A stretch of DNA of 64,000 bases from Candidatus Latescibacterota bacterium (GTDB taxonomy: Bacteria; Latescibacterota; UBA2968; GCA-2709665), in assembly GCA_965222075.1 (NCBI GenBank), contig OZ244937.1, positions 288,001-352,000 on the forward strand. Direction: 5' to 3'. Both the position numbers and the translations under genes were made by a program. The notes under the pieces are model-generated. The model searched no databases, was not told the DNA's origin, and saw nothing but the letters and a program-made list of their open reading frames with translations. Positions within the stretch are counted from its first letter, which is position 1. Every line of letters begins with the position of its first letter. Positions 61,458 to 64,000 of this stretch are shown here, piece after piece.

Positions 61458-62357
61458 CTATCCCCCGGAGGTTGGGTACGCAGTATCCGTCAGTACGCCG
61501 AGGAGTTTCCGGGTGGCCGATGAGAGGCTTCGACCGCGCTTTTGGAGGATGCCCAGGGGTCTGACAAGCGGCTCTCCTTTTAACGTCAGGACCTTCAGGG
61601 TTCCCTTGCGTTTCTCCAGCTCGACAGAGGGTGCAGGGACAACAGAGATGCCCAGGTCGACCTCAACAGAATCTTTGATGATGTCAATATGATCGAGTTC
61701 TATCGCTACTTTGGGGTTCGCCCGATGTTTTCGGAAGAAGCGGTCGATGGCCTGCCGGGTGTGCGTTTCCGGGTTAAAGAGGACCATCGGGTAATTTTCG
61801 AGGGCTTTGAGATCGATGCTTTCCTGTGCCGCCAGGGGATTTGAAGGATGACAGATGACCACCATCCGGTCTTCTGAGAACGGGATCACCTCGACGTTTC
61901 GCTGCGGCCGGGGATAGGCCACGATGCCCAGGTCGATTTCGCTGCTGGCCACGTCGGTGTAGATCTTTGGCGCCAGGTTGTAGTCCAGCCGGAAGTTTAC
62001 CCTGGGATAGGCCTTGAGATAGACTTTGAGGTAGGGACCCAGTTCCCGCATGCCAACGCTGTAGATGGCCGAGAGACGGACGGTTCCCGATATCACACCG
62101 TCGAGCGCTTCGATCCGGTGCTGCATTTCTTCGTAGCGCTGGACGATCTCGCGTGCGCCCCGATAGAATACCTCGCCTTCCGCCGTCAGGGAGATTCGAC
62201 GTTTCTCCCGTTCCAGCAGGGGCTTTCCCTGGCGTTTCTCTATGCTCTTGATCTGCTGGCTCACAGCGGACTGGGTCACCGAGTTGAGGACGGCAGTTTT
62301 GGAAAACCTCTGGGTATCGATCAGGTCGCGGAAGATTTTCAGGCTTTGGACTAACAC
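61458..62357 (-). CDS. LysR-family transcriptional regulator
   Basis: FSKTA..TQSAVSQQIK HTH; AAGGAG RBS before GTG. Confidence 0.9.
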   Translation of the reverse strand: MLVQSLKIFRDLIDTQRFSKTAVLNSVTQSAVSQQIKSIEKRQGKPLLEREKRRISLTAEGEVFYRGAREIVQRYEEMQHRIEALDGVISGTVRLSAIYSVGMRELGPYLKVYLKAYPRVNFRLDYNLAPKIYTDVASSEIDLGIVAYPRPQRNVEVIPFSEDRMVVICHPSNPLAAQESIDLKALENYPMVLFNPETHTRQAIDRFFRKHRANPKVAIELDHIDIIKDSVEVDLGISVVPAPSVELEKRKGTLKVLTLKGEPLVRPLGILQKRGRSLSSATRKLLGVLTDTAYPTSGG

Positions 62358-62558
62358 GGAGATGTTCTCCTTACGGTGTGAAGTGGAAAGATGAGGTAAA
62401 CGCAAATAAAGGGGCGTGAAAACAGAAAGTGTAAATATAAGGAAAGGTAATTTAAAACGCAAGTCTGAACAGAAAATATTAATCATTCATGAACACAGAT
62501 ACACACAGATCATGCAGGGGCGACCGGACGGTCGCCCATTCTGGTTGAGGGGAGAGAT

Positions 62559-63950
62559 ATGGGATACCGAATCGAAACCGACAGTATGGGAGAGATCCAG
62601 GTTCCGGAAGATCGTTATTACGGAGCGCAAACCGCACGTTCGCTGATCCATTTCGACATCGGCGAGGAGCGGATGCCCCGGGAGCTGATCCGGGCGTTCG
62701 GAATTTTGAAGAAGGCTGCGGCGTTTGTGAATCAAGAACTGGGCAAGCTGCCTGCGGAAAAGGCCGAGTTGCTTGTTCAGGCGGCGGATGAGGTCATTGA
62801 GGGAATATTAGACGACCACTTTCCGCTACGGATCTGGCAGACGGGCAGCGGGACGCAGACGAATATGAACGCCAACGAGGTGATTTCCAACCGGGCGATC
62901 CAGCTTGCCGGCGGGCAGATGGGCAGCAAGCACCCGATCCACCCGAACGACCACGTGAATATGGGCCAGTCGTCCAACGATACGTTTCCGACCGCGATGC
63001 ACATCGCCGCCGCAAGCGAGATCCACCGGCGGCTGATTCCGATGGTCACGCAGCTGCGAGATACGCTGGCGCAGAAGGCGGAGGCGTTCAAGGAGATTAT
63101 CAAGATCGGGCGGACGCACCTGATGGATGCAGTGCCGCTTACGCTGGGACAGGAGTTTTCGGGGTACGTGACGCAGCTGAACAAGGGGCTTGAACGGATC
63201 GAACGGTGTCTGCCGAATCTCTACGAGTTGGCCTTAGGAGGGACGGCGGTGGGTACGGGGCTGAATACGCATCCCGAGTTTGCCGATCGGGCGGTGGAGA
63301 GGATCTCCGAACTGACGGGCTACCCGTTTGTGTCGGCGGGGAATAAGTTTGAGTCGCTGGCGGCGCACGATGCGATCGTGGAGGGCAGCGGAGCCCTGAA
63401 GACCCTGGCCTGTTCGCTGATGAAGGTCGCCAATGACATCCGGTGGCTGGCCTCGGGGCCGCGCTGCGGGATTGGAGAGCTAACGATTCCAGCGAACGAA
63501 CCGGGCAGTTCGATTATGCCGGGGAAGGTGAATCCGACGCAGTGCGAGGCGATCACGATGGTGGCCGCACAGGTGATTGGAAACGATACGGCCGTGGCGG
63601 TGGGCGGTTCTTCGGGCAATTTTGAGTTGAATGTGTTCAAGCCGGTGATGATTTACAATCTGCTGCAGTCGATCCGGTTGCTTGCGGATGCGTGCGAGGC
63701 GTTCAACGATCACTGCGCGGTGGGAATCGAACCGAACCGGGAGAATATCGAGCGGTACCTGAAGCAGTCGCTGATGCTGGTGACTGCGCTGAATCCGCAT
63801 ATCGGGTACGATAACGCGGCAAAGGTGGCGAAGGTGGCGTTTGCAGAGAACCTGACCTTGAAAGCGTCTGCGGTGGCGCTGGGGCTTTTGAGCGAGGCGG
63901 AATTCGATAAAGCCGTGCGGCCGGAGGAGATGATCGGGCCGAAAGCATAG
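62559..63950 (+). CDS. fumC: Class II fumarate hydratase
   Basis: [19 protein letters not shown] and [13 protein letters not shown] motifs. Confidence 0.97.
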   Translation: MGYRIETDSMGEIQVPEDRYYGAQTARSLIHFDIGEERMPRELIRAFGILKKAAAFVNQELGKLPAEKAELLVQAADEVIEGILDDHFPLRIWQTGSGTQTNMNANEVISNRAIQLAGGQMGSKHPIHPNDHVNMGQSSNDTFPTAMHIAAASEIHRRLIPMVTQLRDTLAQKAEAFKEIIKIGRTHLMDAVPLTLGQEFSGYVTQLNKGLERIERCLPNLYELALGGTAVGTGLNTHPEFADRAVERISELTGYPFVSAGNKFESLAAHDAIVEGSGALKTLACSLMKVANDIRWLASGPRCGIGELTIPANEPGSSIMPGKVNPTQCEAITMVAAQVIGNDTAVAVGGSSGNFELNVFKPVMIYNLLQSIRLLADACEAFNDHCAVGIEPNRENIERYLKQSLMLVTALNPHIGYDNAAKVAKVAFAENLTLKASAVALGLLSEAEFDKAVRPEEMIGPKA

Positions 63951-64000
63951 GCCTTCACGTTTTGTTCAAGACGTAAAGAAAAGCGCCCGCGATCCGCCGG

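Overview
High-GC bacterial window. Its content (WD40/FN3 proteins with a C-terminal dockerin/EF-hand-like tag, heparinase-like and deacetylase clusters) resembles Latescibacterota/Poribacteria-type genomes; this is inference. Layout: (1) 1-8.2 kb carbohydrate-processing cluster; (2) 8.2-36.3 kb accessory region with a ~2.73-kb heparinase-like gene duplicated 11,072 bp apart, a DGR-type CLec target remnant, an SNF2 + Hsp70/actin-like gene pair, toxin-antitoxin modules, large modular secreted proteins and IS remnants; (3) 36.4-40.6 kb deacetylase/amidohydrolase operon; (4) 40.8-48.4 kb lower-GC outer-membrane cluster next to a tRNA-CAT 3' end; (5) 48.6-64 kb core genes (nfeD-floA, tRNA-Leu, dacA, heptose genes, P-II, fumC). 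The main finding is a family of ultra-short hairpin insertion elements, CCTGCCTG-[stem n/loop n/stem n]-CG-CAGGCAGG, with n = 3, 4 or 5 (27, 30, 33 nt). About 16 clear copies occur. They insert without target duplication, add 9-11 residues in frame to proteins (including an apparently intact core gene), and nest up to four deep, usually at one fixed position. All calls come from reading the sequence; no searches were run.
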